A DNA stretch of 64,000 bases. Source: Takakia lepidozioides (lineage: Eukaryota > Plantae > Bryophyta). Positions 1 through 12,512 of this stretch are shown here, piece after piece. The notes under the pieces were generated by a model. That model saw only the letters and a program-made list of their open reading frames with translations, was not told the origin of the DNA and made no database searches. The number at the start of each line of letters is the position of its first letter. The stretch's first letter is position 1. The stretch spans positions 65,410,001-65,474,000 of the forward strand of contig CM060731.1 of the NCBI GenBank assembly GCA_030704615.1, read 5' to 3'. Position numbers and translations under genes: made by a program.

Positions 1-544
1 CTCGCGCTGTAGTTGGTCAACAAATTTGCCACTTTGAAATTGTGGGGCTAAAATCTCTCCAAGGGAAGGTCAACGCGTACACCATACTTCTACCTCAATT
101 GCAGCGCCATCATCAGCACTTTCCATAGCGGAAATCAAAACTTGCTCTCTTGGTACCACTCGAACATCATTCTCGTATAGCTGAATATCAAACATGCAAT
201 TAGACCCTGGCAGTCCCACGACCATCGACTGAGACTATTTGCTTTGTGCTAGCTACATAATCTAGATGAATTCAGACCAACCGAGAAGAATTAACCCAGA
301 AGAGGTCAGCTCTCTGCCCCTCTCTTGTACGGTGCTTAGTTGTACAATCTGGATGACAGCCAGGCTAGCTTTGGATGACCAATTTGTACTTTTGCAGCAC
401 ATAATGGATAGCAAGTTGGTTGGGGCGTAATGACAGTAGGTTGCTTCCTTGCCTCAGTGTCTATTGCCATGATCAATGTTGTTCATCGTGCAACAGAGAT
501 TTATACAGAACCTCGGCGCCTGACTGTTCCTGTATATGTGGCAG

Positions 545-1545
545 GTGCACACATACTTTCGGGAAATGTGTTTGAACCACGGGCACTCAGTGAGCTCCTT
601 CCAGATTGGAAGGATCAAGGCGTATGTCCTCAGTCCATACTTATGAAAACTGGATGATGCAAGAGAGGTAGATGGCTTGGGAGTGACTGTCTTCCGTTCA
701 TGATGTTATTCAGCTGGAAATGGAGTGATTGCTGATGAGTGCTAATCAATTGAGACACATCCGTTCATGATAATTTGATAATAGCAGATTATCGCTGATG
801 AGGATTGGTTGAAGGATATCAATTGGATTTGACACAGGCTCCACTGCGTGTGCCAGTTGTGGAAGACAAGTTTTGGATGTTATTTGAGAAACGTGCACTG
901 CCACTCCCATCTCCCTTCAACAACAATAGTAACTTTGTTATTAGGTCAGCTTCTACTCTCCTACTCCGGCTTGAGTGCAATATTTTTGTTTTCTCCACAT
1001 ATTCAACTTTGTGGAAATTATGCTGCTACTTTCCTATGTAGAACAGGTATTGAAGTGTACAGAGAGACGGGGAAGAGACAGTTGCATGCAGGAAACTAGC
1101 ATACTAAAGTCTTCCACCATGATTCAGTGGGCCACCAAATCCCAGGAAGCTTGGTAAATCCTAAACCCTCGATTGGAACAAACACTTGTGCTTAACCACA
1201 GAGACAAAGGCAAGGGGTATTATTCTATGTGAGAGCCAGCTATTTGGCAATGCTTGTTGAAGCCTTCCATAACCATGTGCTATGCTTTGAATAGCTTGAG
1301 TGAGCTGGTGCGGTGGCTAGGAGGGAAAGCAGAGAAACTTGGGGTTGAAATTTACCCAGGTTTTGCAGCGAGTGAGGTAACCCCCTTCTTTTGTTCACCA
1401 TTCTGTGGGTTATTGTATTGGCAGAATTGATTTGCACCAAATTAGAGGGGTCTCCGCACTGTTCATTTCCAAGAAGTTCTATTGTGGGATGGTAGGGATA
1501 GCTGCAGGTGGAGCTGAATAAGGTGCTTATGCAGGTTTTGTACAA
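545..1545 (+). pseudogene. ETFQO: Electron transfer flavoprotein-ubiquinone oxidoreductase, internal exons; 3'-truncated
   Basis: In-phase GT-AG exons: 545-621 (GAHILSGNVFEPRALSELLPDWKDQG), 838-944 (APLRVPVVEDKFWML...LPSPFNNNSNFVI) and 1295-1376 (SLSELVRWLGGKAEKLGVEIYPGFAASE). The next exon starts at 1535 (VLY) and similarity is then lost. The 5' exons lie outside the window. Confidence 0.9.
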
Positions 1546-2386
1546 GGGTGTTCCTCTTTTCGCTGTGTGTCAGGGAATCTTGAACAATGTTGACTGGCGA
1601 GAGGAGGTATGTGAGCAGCCATCCCCCCGTCTCTTCCATCCTCTCCTTCAGGGGCTCTCTCGTTCATAGTTTCTGGCTACTCCACGTGGCACTGCATTCT
1701 GGCTGTCTTCACTTGAAAGTCAACCTGGTCTTGGTTGTCAGTGATTTAGTCATCCAGTCGTCTCCAAGTGCTGTTCAGCTACTGAAGAGGGCTTTTCAAA
1801 AGAGAATGATCTAAGCAATCGAGTGGATATCAATGCTGTAGCAAGTAGAGTTAGTGACGTTGGTAAGCATCCACCACTTTTGGTTATTTTACTGTTTTTA
1901 GCTTTAGTTCACCATGAAGCTAATCAGCTTCCTCCTTTTCTGCTATGGCATGTGGTGCAAGAGGTAAGGAGGACGAGTAAGGAGGGCCCACCTGCAACCA
2001 GGCCCCTTGGTCCATGGTAATCATTGATCATCATTTTTTTTTTTTTTTTTTCCTGTTTTCTTTGATGATATACCAAGGGGCTGATAGCCCTTGCTCCACT
2101 ATGGTAGATTTTACATTGGAGGGAGCACAAGCAAAGAGGGGCCCGCCAACCAGCCCACATTGATCATCACTGGTAAGTATCTTCCTTTCTTTAAATTTTT
2201 TAATTCTTGATACAATTGGGGGTTGATGAGATAGCCCCTTTGGCTTGTTATAGCAGATTCTGCATGAGAGGGAGGGAGCCCAAAGTAGGGGGGGACCTGC
2301 CAACCAGCCACCATTACCGCTTGTAACTCCCTTTCATTGAGCTTTATTTTTTTAGTTGTTTACATTTTTAGTTGTAAATATATGAG

Positions 2387-4802
2387 TTGTGCACAATTAT
2401 TAAATGCCTTTTGGATTCTTTGTTTGCATTGTTTTTACACAGGAGTTGTTCCACAAGCTTTTTATGTCATGGAGCCCAATATTTTGATGAACTAGAAAGG
2501 GAAGTTGTTCCTGACATCAATGTTGATAATGAGAGAGCTTTGGTGGAGTGCCATGTTGCGGAGGATGCTCATCATGAAGCCTCATTTACATCAGCTCATC
2601 AAGCCTCGGCTGCAATGTCATCTTCCACAGTTTTGCCATCACACACGGTGTTGGATGTGGAGGCGCAGCTCCCAGTACTTGACAAACAACGGGATTTTTG
2701 AAGCCCCACAATCGCACTGCTTCGACATGGGCATTCTATGCAACAAAAGACTGCTCCAGTGGACATAACAAATCCACAACAAATGAGGTGTGTTCTATGT
2801 CATCCTGTTGGTGTCACTCCTGCAAGCAAGAAGGGCATTGTGACCTATAATAAAACCAATGGTATCTCTGCCCTTCGAAAGCATGTGGATCAAGAACATG
2901 ACATTGTTTTGCGTAGGTGGATTGAGAGGGAAAATGAAGGACCTGAGAAGGCCCGTAGGCCAGCCAAAAAGAGGCCCGGCCCCACTCCTGGAAACATAGC
3001 TTTTTTTTTAGGAGCTCCACTCCATACAACCAAAATGATGATCAACAGAAGCAGTTCAATGAGGATTTAGTCTTATTCATTGCAAAGGAGTTGGTTCCAC
3101 TGTCTTTGGTAGAATCCCCTTGGCTAAGAAGGATGGTGTTGAGGCAAAATCCTCGGATTGTTTTCCCTTCTCGACGGACATTTGTGAATGAGGCCATTCC
3201 AATCTTGGCAGAGAAGACGAAAGAGCGCTACATGTCCCCATCTCTTCAGAGTTGTGCTACTTGCTCCGTGAGTTTTGATTTGTGGATGTCAAGAGGGGAA
3301 CTGACACTTTTGTCATCATAGCGCACTTTATTAATGAACAGGGAGCAATGTCATGTGACTCTTGGCATGTTTGAGACACCTGACACATCTGGGGCTGCCA
3401 TGGCACATCAAGTCAACAATCTTCTTGTGAAGTATGGCCTCAATACTCGCATTTGCTTACGTCAAAGATGAGGAGGTAACTTGGCCACTTTGACCAATGC
3501 TTTGAATTCGGTGGTCTCATGTGCGTGTTTGGGGTTGGATTCTCCATTTGTGGGTAGCTGTTTTGGGCATGCAATGTCCAAGTGTTGCCAGTATGCAACA
3601 AATGATGCAAAAGTATGCGCAGATATGATCGGTTTCTATAAAAAATGCCCAATCAGAGTTGCAAAAAACCATTACTTGGACCAAAAAAAGTGGCAAAGGG
3701 AGACAAGAATGGGCAAAGGCATGTGTGGACAGCGGCATTCATCCCCGCAAACTGAAGACTCCGGTGAAGACACGGTTTGCTTCCAAGGTGATCCTCTTCC
3801 AAGAGACTTTGGAGTTTAGGCAAGCCATAATCACTTGTTACTCTAGGCAAACCTCATTGGCACTGCAGTCTCGCATACCAAGTCCACAAGTGTGGGCCAT
3901 TGCCCAATCAATTTCTACAGTTCTAGGGCCTGTGGTTCATGAGTGCATTATGAATCAATCTGGGGGATTTTGGTTGTTGTCCGATGCTCTTAATGCAGCC
4001 ATTGCCACAACAATTCGCATGCGAGGAAGTAGTGCTGGGGGGGCTGCAACTGTGGATCATTGCATGGGGGATTTCTCAACAGAGTTGACATTGTTGGAAT
4101 GGCGGATGGCTCGAGAGGTGGTATATGTCTTGGAACCATTTCTTTCTTTTTTGGAAGGGTTTCAATCGCGCAAAGCTCACAATATGCTCGCGCTTATGCT
4201 TGACCCACGTTACAAGGGGTTGTCATTGGTATCACAATATGTGGGCAAAGAGCGTGCTTTGCATATTGTGTCCCAATATGATAGTATGGTGTTAGAGCCT
4301 CTTTTGGTAAAGTGTTTCAAGGTCTTACATCCGGATACTCCGGCCCAATCACAGCCCACTTCCACAATGGACGAGATGTCCTTATTTGGTGTGCATGACC
4401 ACAATGAAGACATGACATTGACAGTGGTGAGAGAACAACTATCACATTTCAGAAGGACGAAGATAAATGAGGGTGAGTGCGTGGCTCCTTTGAAATGGTG
4501 GAAAAAACACGAGTCTCTCTTTCCGTATGTGGGATTTTTGGCACGGCTAATTTTGGGCATAGTTGGATCTCAGATTGAAGCTGAGAGGGTTTTAGTATTG
4601 CAGGTGTCATAACAAACTTGAGACGGTGCAGGTTAAATATTGAAAACCTTGATATGCTTGTGAGTGTAGTCAAAATTGGCCAAATGATGCTAGAGTTGGT
4701 TGCTTTAGTACTTCCATGAAAGAGTTTTTGGATAGGGAAGAAGTCCTCTTAGATGAGAATGAGGACTTGATTGCAGAGGCAAACCTCTTTGAGGTAGACT
4801 GA
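2387..4802 (+). pseudogene. hAT transposase (BED finger, DDE core, hAT dimerisation domain), frameshifted
   Basis: Motifs: CVLC...LRKHVDQEH (BED), SFDLWMSRG (first catalytic D), CFGHAMSK (CxxH), ALMLDPRYK, PLKWWKKHESLFP...GIVGSQIEAERV (hATC). Several 1-bp frameshifts; stop at 4800-4802. Start approximate. Confidence 0.9.
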
Positions 4803-5327
4803 TTTGTCTTAGAGACAAATTATTGTTCAACATATTACACTATATTCCTTTGATTGGAGTTTGTTTATTTGTCATTTTTATTGAAAATTTCAGTGACATC
4901 CCGTGTACTTAGTTTGTTGTATGCTATATTGACAAAGCATCATCCAAAAAACACAAATTTATGTAGTTTTTTTTAGTTGTGCTTTTGCTGCACCATAAAA
5001 GGTAACCATAGAATTACACATGTTTAATTTGTTTTGTATTTTGAATTAAGATCCTTATGTAGTTAGTTTGTTTTAGTTGTTCTTTGCTACACCGTACGAC
5101 AACTTATAAAATCTCTGGTTTTCCGTTTTTAATGGAGACCATGCGTATATAACTAGTTATATATACCATAAAAGACAATCACAAAAAACATATAAGTTTA
5201 TTTACTTCTGTTTTACTAATAAATTCCCTGGTTTTAGTTGAAAATTCTCAGTATGACCAATCAGATCAGTTCATCTAATTTTCCAGAAGAATAAAAAATT
5301 AAAGAATTTAAAATATTTTTTAAAAAA

Positions 5328-5535
5328 GAACCGGAACCTAACCGGGAACCGGTGTTTTTTTTCCAGCAACTAACCGGTAACCGGAACCGCCCCCATGTTA
5401 AAAAGTCAGAACCTGAACCGGACCGGAACCGCCTTAATAAAAAATAACCGGATCCGGATCCGGAACCGTCTCTTCAAAAATTTGTGGAACCGGAACCAAA
5501 GGTTCCTTCACAAAGGCAAGAACCGCCCAACACTG
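5328..5535 (+). repeat. hAT subterminal GAACCG/AACCGG repeats and right TIR
   Basis: More than 10 copies of (G)AACCG(G) ending in GAACCGCCCAACACTG. Confidence 0.8.
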
Positions 5536-6539
5536 GTCGATACTCTATTGCAGCGGGATACAACACATGGGTAGCATCAACTATGCAATGTGGTATGTGG
5601 ATGACCATGATTTGAAATGTGTAATTCACATCAATTCGTCGGCGGTGCAATGATATGGCCTCCAACTATACGGAGTGAGCTCTGAGTGACAACTTTTAGG
5701 TAGTGCACATTTGTCATTAGACCGTTCGAAGTCTACATGTCTTGCTGTCGCTATGCACTACAATCATCTTTTGAAGATGATCCTAACTCTCATTGTTATT
5801 TGAGGAGGGAGGAAGATCTTCCCGTGGCAGCCTTTATGGTGCACACTTTGTGAGGATATTTTTTCGTCCTCGTAATTGTAAAAGTCAAACAATGTTGGAT
5901 GCTGCAATTGTAGGCCTCAACGCTCGTCTTGATTCTATTTAGGCAAGATTCCCTGCATTAATTCCACAGGTATAGGACCATCCTCGGTTATAGGCGGCGC
6001 ATGATAATGCTGACGTGGCAGATGACGGACAGTGCCATGTCATCATTTACCGCCACATCAGCATGCTGACATGACGCTCACGCCACGTCAGCGTGTGTGC
6101 AGGCTCACGCCACGTCACTCCTGCGTGAGCGTACGCTCGCGCGCTCACGCCATTGCGTCGTTGATTTCAGCCCAGTGTCTTGCACGCGCCACCTCTTGCC
6201 TCTGCATGGCATTGGCTTTCAGCGCTAGATGTTCTGGGCATTTAGCTAGGACTGCCAAAGCCCCGTCTTTATACAAGAATTCCGGTGGCACTGCGTCATG
6301 AGGTCCAACTGGCACTCCGTCTGCCCTTAGACATTCTGGCTCGTGATCCTCATGATATACCAGCATGGTATCTTTTCTTGTTATTTTCTTAGTGGTGTTT
6401 GGTTTTGCCCCCTCGTGGCGGTCAGTCAGGGCACAGAGAGACGCGCATTTGTCTCCGCCGTTTTTTATCTGGAGATTGAGAGAGTCTGCAAGATGAGCAT
6501 CAATTACGGGCACTAGCCCTTGCGGCACGCGCCCCTCCC

Positions 6540-8487
6540 GCTTCCTCCACGCAGCCACCCTCATCGGCCCACATGTGACTTCGTCATAGTCTCATGTTAG
6601 GCCGCGTTGGCGAGTATTCACGCGCGGCCAAGGCTTTAGCACCTTCCTCACCGGCGCCTCCATCACCGGATACTGTCACTGCCCTCGAAGCCCTTCACCC
6701 ATCAGCTCAGGATATTCTGTCGCTCTTTGTCGAGGACTTCGAGCCAGACCTGGATCTCAAGCTAGATCGGGAGGTCTTCACTGAGGCTTTCACGCGCAGT
6801 CCCCATCTTGCAGCGGCAGATCCTTCCAGTATCTTGTATGAGAACTTACGCGACTGTTTCTCTCCACCGGACTCTGCTAGTGGCTTCTCTCAGCTATTTC
6901 AGAGTCGATTCTTTATTGCTGCTGGTCGTATCCCTGCCCCAGTGGCCCGTTTCCTTGGGGCCTCCAGATTGTTGGCTATGAAAAACCCTCAGGTACTGGC
7001 ATCCGCCCTATCGTAGTTGGAGAGGTTCTTTACCGCCTTGTCAGCTGCTCACTTTGTCTTCAGTTTCGAGATGCCTTCTCCGGACACCTCTTTCCACACC
7101 AGTTCAGGGTCGCCACTCCAGGAGGTTGGGAGGCGGTGGTTCAGGGGATTTGTGCAGCTCTTGATCTTCATCCGGATTGGGTAGTTCTCCAGGTCGACAT
7201 CACCGACGCTTTCAACACTGTGTCACGAGCGGCTATCTTTCAGGAGCTCCGTTCAGTCGGAGGAGATTTCCACCAGCTCATTCCGTTTGTTCGATTACTC
7301 TATGCATCCACCACTCCCCTATACTACAGTCATCATTCTCGCCTAGGTGAGTGCTCCATTATTCAGTCTGAGGTTGGGACCCGCCAAGGCGACCCTTTAC
7401 GAGGACCTTTGTTTGCCATGGCTCATGTCCGCGCCCTCACGGCTTCTGCACAAGTATACTCATCTTGTCTTTTTCCGTCGATGGCAGACGACACGCACAT
7501 TGTAGGCCCTGCCTCACAGGTACTTTCAGCTTACCATCATTTTGTCACCCAACTCTCTGCCGTGGGCTTTTCAGTGCAACCTTGCAAATGTGCGGTGTGG
7601 TCTCCGTCCGGTTTCCCTGCAGATTTTGTCCTCCATGCTCACTTCATTGTTCCGCCCAATGACATCAGAATCCTGGGAGTCCCTTTTGGCACCACCCAAT
7701 TCACAACGTCCTTCTTGAAGATGCACTCCGATGCACTCCACCAGGATGCCACCATACCGATCTCCTTCCTAGGCTCGGAAATGTACAGGTAGCATATGGA
7801 ATCTTGACCAAATGTTTCCTTCAGTGTCACTCATATCTCTTGCGCACTGTTCCACCCAGCCCAGATTTCCTACACCTCTTATCTGGGTTTAATACTACCA
7901 TGATGACTATCTTCGGGAGATTGTTAGGACGAGGAGCTCTGGAGGGACTTTTGCCACGACAGCAAGCCACCCTGTCCGTCTCTTCCGGTGGTGTGGGTCT
8001 TTTGTCCACTGTCACTACCGCCCCGTCAGCTTTCATCGACAGTTGGGCGTTGGTGGCGCCAGCCCTCGCTTCATGATTTCTCTGTGACCATCGTCCCATC
8101 CTTATGGACGCCGTTACACATGTCGACAGTGACATTTTACCCTTCCAGTAGCATCTCCGCTCTGCACGAGATCTTCTTCCGGCACTGGCGCGAGCATGTC
8201 TACCACCATTTGAACAGTTGGTTGCTCAAGGCCTCTTCACGAGTCCATTTCCGAGTGCGTACACCCTCATTCCTTTTCCAGCATGCTCTCAAGTGCTTCT
8301 TCTGAGTTGCATCGAGCCCGACTTCTATTATGCGCAGGAGGAGCTGGTTGGCAACACGACCCACTATCGCACCTTTTCACCTCTCAACTTCTATTTTCAC
8401 TACTGCGCTTCTTCTTCGACTCGGTTTGTCTCATCCTTCGGCAATTGACCTTGCCATCCATCTCCTCCGCTGTCCATGAGGTGGTGA
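6540..8487 (+). mobile_element. CRE-clade-like non-LTR retrotransposon RT (copy 1), frameshifted, 3' deletions
   Basis: GEYSRAAKAL, GIRPIVVGEV, HQFRVATPGG..AVVQGI, VLQVDITDAFNTVSR, GTRQGDPLRGPLFA, MADDTHI, ILGVPFG, LSVSSGGVGL and RARLLLCAG are typical of RLE-type (CRE-like) RT ORFs. Confidence 0.8.
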
Positions 8488-11400
8488 GCGCACTTGAGGG
8501 TCGCTCTGCTTGAGTAGCTTACTATAGCTTCTGGACATGATCCCCTTGAGCGTCCTGGAACTAGTTAGTGTTGGGTCACGTACAAACCTAAAGTGGTCTC
8601 CAGCAAACATAAACATTGTCCATTCCCCATCACAAGTAAAGATCAAGAGCGTAGAGGGCGCACCGGCAACAAGGCGATATCCAAGTTCGTAACGCTGTTG
8701 ATGACGTCCTGTTCGCGCCACCAATGCTGTCATGCTGAAAACTCCAGAGAGGTCTCTTCCTCCAATCTATATCTATACTTTCAACAGAAAGGTCCTCCTT
8801 AAAATCGCAACATGACTCTTGAGGGTGTTACCTTCGACCCTTTTATCGAGTCGCCATCTCAAGGGACTCCATATATTTTTAACAAAAGGAAAAGGCAGTC
8901 ATGCTAGTGAATCTACATACGCACATGAGGACTCTTCCACAAATAGGAAACTTTATGCCACAGCGAAAAAGCACATTCCTTTTCTCAACTCCGTCTAATT
9001 CATTCCAGGTCCACCACTCAGCTCTAGCTGCACGAGATCATAGTACTCAAGGGACTCCCGTCTAATAGGGGATTCTGACGTGAAAAAAATTCCTCTCAAA
9101 CTTATTTCCTGGATCTTGGCATTCAGACCTCCGACGGTACATGCTTACGATGCTCCATGCATGGCTGCAGCCCCGCTTGGCGCTTACCACGTCCACTTCG
9201 CTCATCGATGTCACGGCTACCCCCTGCAAGAAAGAAACTGGAAGAGTGGCTCTCCTGAACCATCGGAGGGCCACCCTAACCCTATTCCGAATGAGAGCAG
9301 CGGCCAATCCTGTAGCTTAACGGTCGCCTTTGCCTCGTCCAATTGCATTCTATTGCATGCATCTTTTACGTGACCACTCTCTGTCACATGCAGACAGACC
9401 TTTTGTTGGAAATCCTCATCATCTAGTCAGCAGAAGCTGTGCGATGGGCATCAGACATGAATGACGCGGTGCAACCATCCCTGGATCATGACTTGTGGGC
9501 GATCTTGCAGAGCTCACAATGTGATGAGATCAGTTGTGGGTTGTGCGTTTTGCTTACGCGGCCATACCAGATGCTGCAGAGCAAGGCTTGGGGAAGAACG
9601 AGCAACTCCAGGTCTTACTTCCTGCTGCATAGGACGTGGATCGTCCCCCACTCTTCCCACCGCAATGCGACTTGTTGCCTCCTCCTCTTCCCCCGCTGTC
9701 CCGACAGAGGGCTGCCTTTGCGTGGATTTTACTTGATGTCGACTACATTCCAGGGAGGGAGATGAAGCCTGGCCGAGCTGCAATTGGAGGAGGCACAGTC
9801 AGCAGCAGGGGGTATTGTTGGGTGTGAGCATGTCGGAGCTCTCCCATTTGCATCAGCTGCTGATTTGCTGTTTTGGAGTTTTCTTTAGCTTCATGGTGAA
9901 TGGCGTCTGCGAGGTAAGGAACACTTTTGACATAGTGACATGAATGAAACTGCAATGCTCCTCTTAACTTGCCGAGCCTTAGGACATCTGAGACAGCGGA
10001 GGGAGATGATACCTATATGTGAGGATATTCTTTAACTATGTATGTTTGTGATTCTTGACTCTGGTAGATGCCCAAGTGTATATCCAATACAGTGAATGTC
10101 GATTGCTCACGTGTAACATCTGGATCGAAGTGCATTGTCGAATTTGTAAAGCCTGAGATTGCTCAATTTCCGCAGAATATCTTTTAAGATTCTGAAGTTC
10201 TCTTTCTTAACTCATGTCAAGACTGTCCTCCTCTAGATGAGTTTCATTGAAGCTACTTGAGGAGTTTAAGTTAGGATTTGTCTAGGTACTTAGGAAGGAC
10301 CCATCTGCACCGCACGCTTTACGGGTGATGGAATGTACAAAAGCGGTAGCGACGATCTTGCAGAAAAACTTTCTTGCAAGGTTTGTAGCTTCGAAGGGCA
10401 GTGTGGGTGAGGGAGAGTGATTCCAAGCTTCGCAAAGTAGAAAAATTCATAACACATATTTGGTGTTATAATCATTCAAAAGCGTTCTGTGCTGCGGTTG
10501 TTCTTCTGTTCACTGCAGTTGCATCGTTGTCGTCTGAGTTTGAGCTCGGCCTTGATTTCGCAGTCAGCTCCCGGGAAAGGAAACGAACATATAAATTTAC
10601 GTCAGCATCTTGAAGTGTGCTCCTGCAATGGGAAAGGTCTCCCATGATCCCCCATCCACCAACGTACTCCTGCTGAAATCAATCTGGTTAATCAAGCATA
10701 GACAACTTAGAATGAAAGCGTCAGCTTCACCATCCCAAATTGACAATGGTAGGGAAGCGTGCAGTGAGAGAAGAGGATGGGCAATTGCAATTTCGTGACC
10801 TGATCTTTTCAATGTTGAATGTGCGTTGTAGGATACATGTGGGTTCTCACAAAGAAACAGCATTGAAAGAATGCTTCAAGCGCATTGGGATTCGGTGCAT
10901 GACGACATAGACTGTCTTTCAATAGAGGGTAAGGATGGACCAAGAGAAACTGTGACTTCAGACTGCAGAACAGGTTAGGCCATATATCAAGATTACAGAA
11001 CTCAGGGCACCGCTGGCAGGCGCTGAGACAGCTGCAATGTATTAGGAGAGTCGCTCCCTGAAGCTTTTGAACCAAAGAAAAAGTTATAAACAAAGGCACA
11101 ATTCCAGCACTTGTAAGCCACAAAGACTGCCTACTGTAAGACATTTGAGGACTTCCTTGAAACAGCCCTAGTAGTGGAGGATGTTGTGGTTGTAAGGACC
11201 AGAAACAGTTTCTATTGTTGGCCACTTGGAGAGGAGATGATGGCTAAAGATTGTTGTTCTGCGGAGAATTCAAGCATAGTATTGTGCACCAAACTGAATG
11301 CAATTTGGAGGCACTACTAGAAAGCTTAGATGATGGAGGACACCCATAGATTTGTGTACAGGCATGTCACGATTACTGAGATGTGTGTTTTCCACATGTA

Positions 11401-12512
11401 GGTAGCAAGAGTTTATACTTTGGCAGGGATGATATCTGAGTTGCTTTATGTTAAATCGTTATGCAATTATTTTCTCTGAGCATTTGGATTGGGAGCCATA
11501 GCAACCAAGATCCACTCATGTTTGCAGCTTGGGTCATGTCTAGCACATAAAAAGACGGTATAGAACTAGTCAAAGCCATTTTCAATTTCAGAGATCAAAG
11601 AGAGCAAGGACCAAGCCCATTGGTCCCGCTGATCTCAAATATGTAAATCAGACTACAATGTGGTGCTGGTGCTCCCAACACTCAAACAATAAGAAACTAT
11701 CATGGGCAGTGGCCACTCACAATGGAAGTTGCTTGAAATCTTCTTCTGCTGACCCAAAATCGTGGTCAGTTTCAATGGCCTGTAACCAAGTATGTCCGAA
11801 TCCCCTTTCCAACATTAGGTTGGCTAGTTGTAGAGTGCTCCATGAAGCACACCCATAGGGATGCTAATGTGTTGGGAGGATTCCAACCTGGACAATTAGC
11901 AATTTCAACTGCTGAAGAGACACCAACCAATAATCATCCCTTCATCAATTCCCCGGACTCTGCCAGCAACCGCATCAACTTGTCACCACTAATTCTAATG
12001 TCAGACCTCGCATCCTCATCCCTTCCGAAGCGGCCAATGTTCGCAGGACATGTGGTACCCTTCGTAACAATGGATGCCTACAATCACCATGCTGCTTTCA
12101 TGGGGCCAACCCACCGGACTCCAAAGTGATCGGGGGTAATATTCAAGACAGGTTTGTTGAGACTCCTGTGCAATCAGGAAGTTGGATGGTTCTCAGTCAG
12201 CTAGCGGCAACAGATCTCTTTGATAAATTGTAGTTGTCATGCACATCTGGTTGAACCCACTATAGTAAAGTGGGTGTCACTCTTCAACTACCCAAAGTGT
12301 GGGTTGGCAGACAGTCACCCTTCATGTAAATAAATGTCAACAATAAATTTCCAATGACGGAGAACGCACCTGGACCTTCAGGACCTCTCTTTGGTCTGAT
12401 AGGACCGTACGTCTGACTGTACAAATGGATGGTAGTACATAAACCAGCAAGATAATGGCCCGAACAACCATGATGCAGCCATGATGCAGAACACCTAAGC
12501 ACGTTGCATGTG

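Larger units (their letters stand above)
1546..5535 (+). mobile_element. hAT-superfamily DNA transposon; 5' end not identifiable
   Basis: Transposase ORF fragments are followed by an AT-rich 3' region, GAACCG(G) subterminal repeats and a terminus ...CCCAACACTG at 5535. No matching CAGTGTTGGG left TIR was found, so the left boundary is approximate. Confidence 0.75.

Noticed and set aside
1535-1560. Left TIR and 8-bp TSD of the hAT
   Set aside because: Neither CAGTGTTGGG nor a copy of the right flank GTCGATAC was found.
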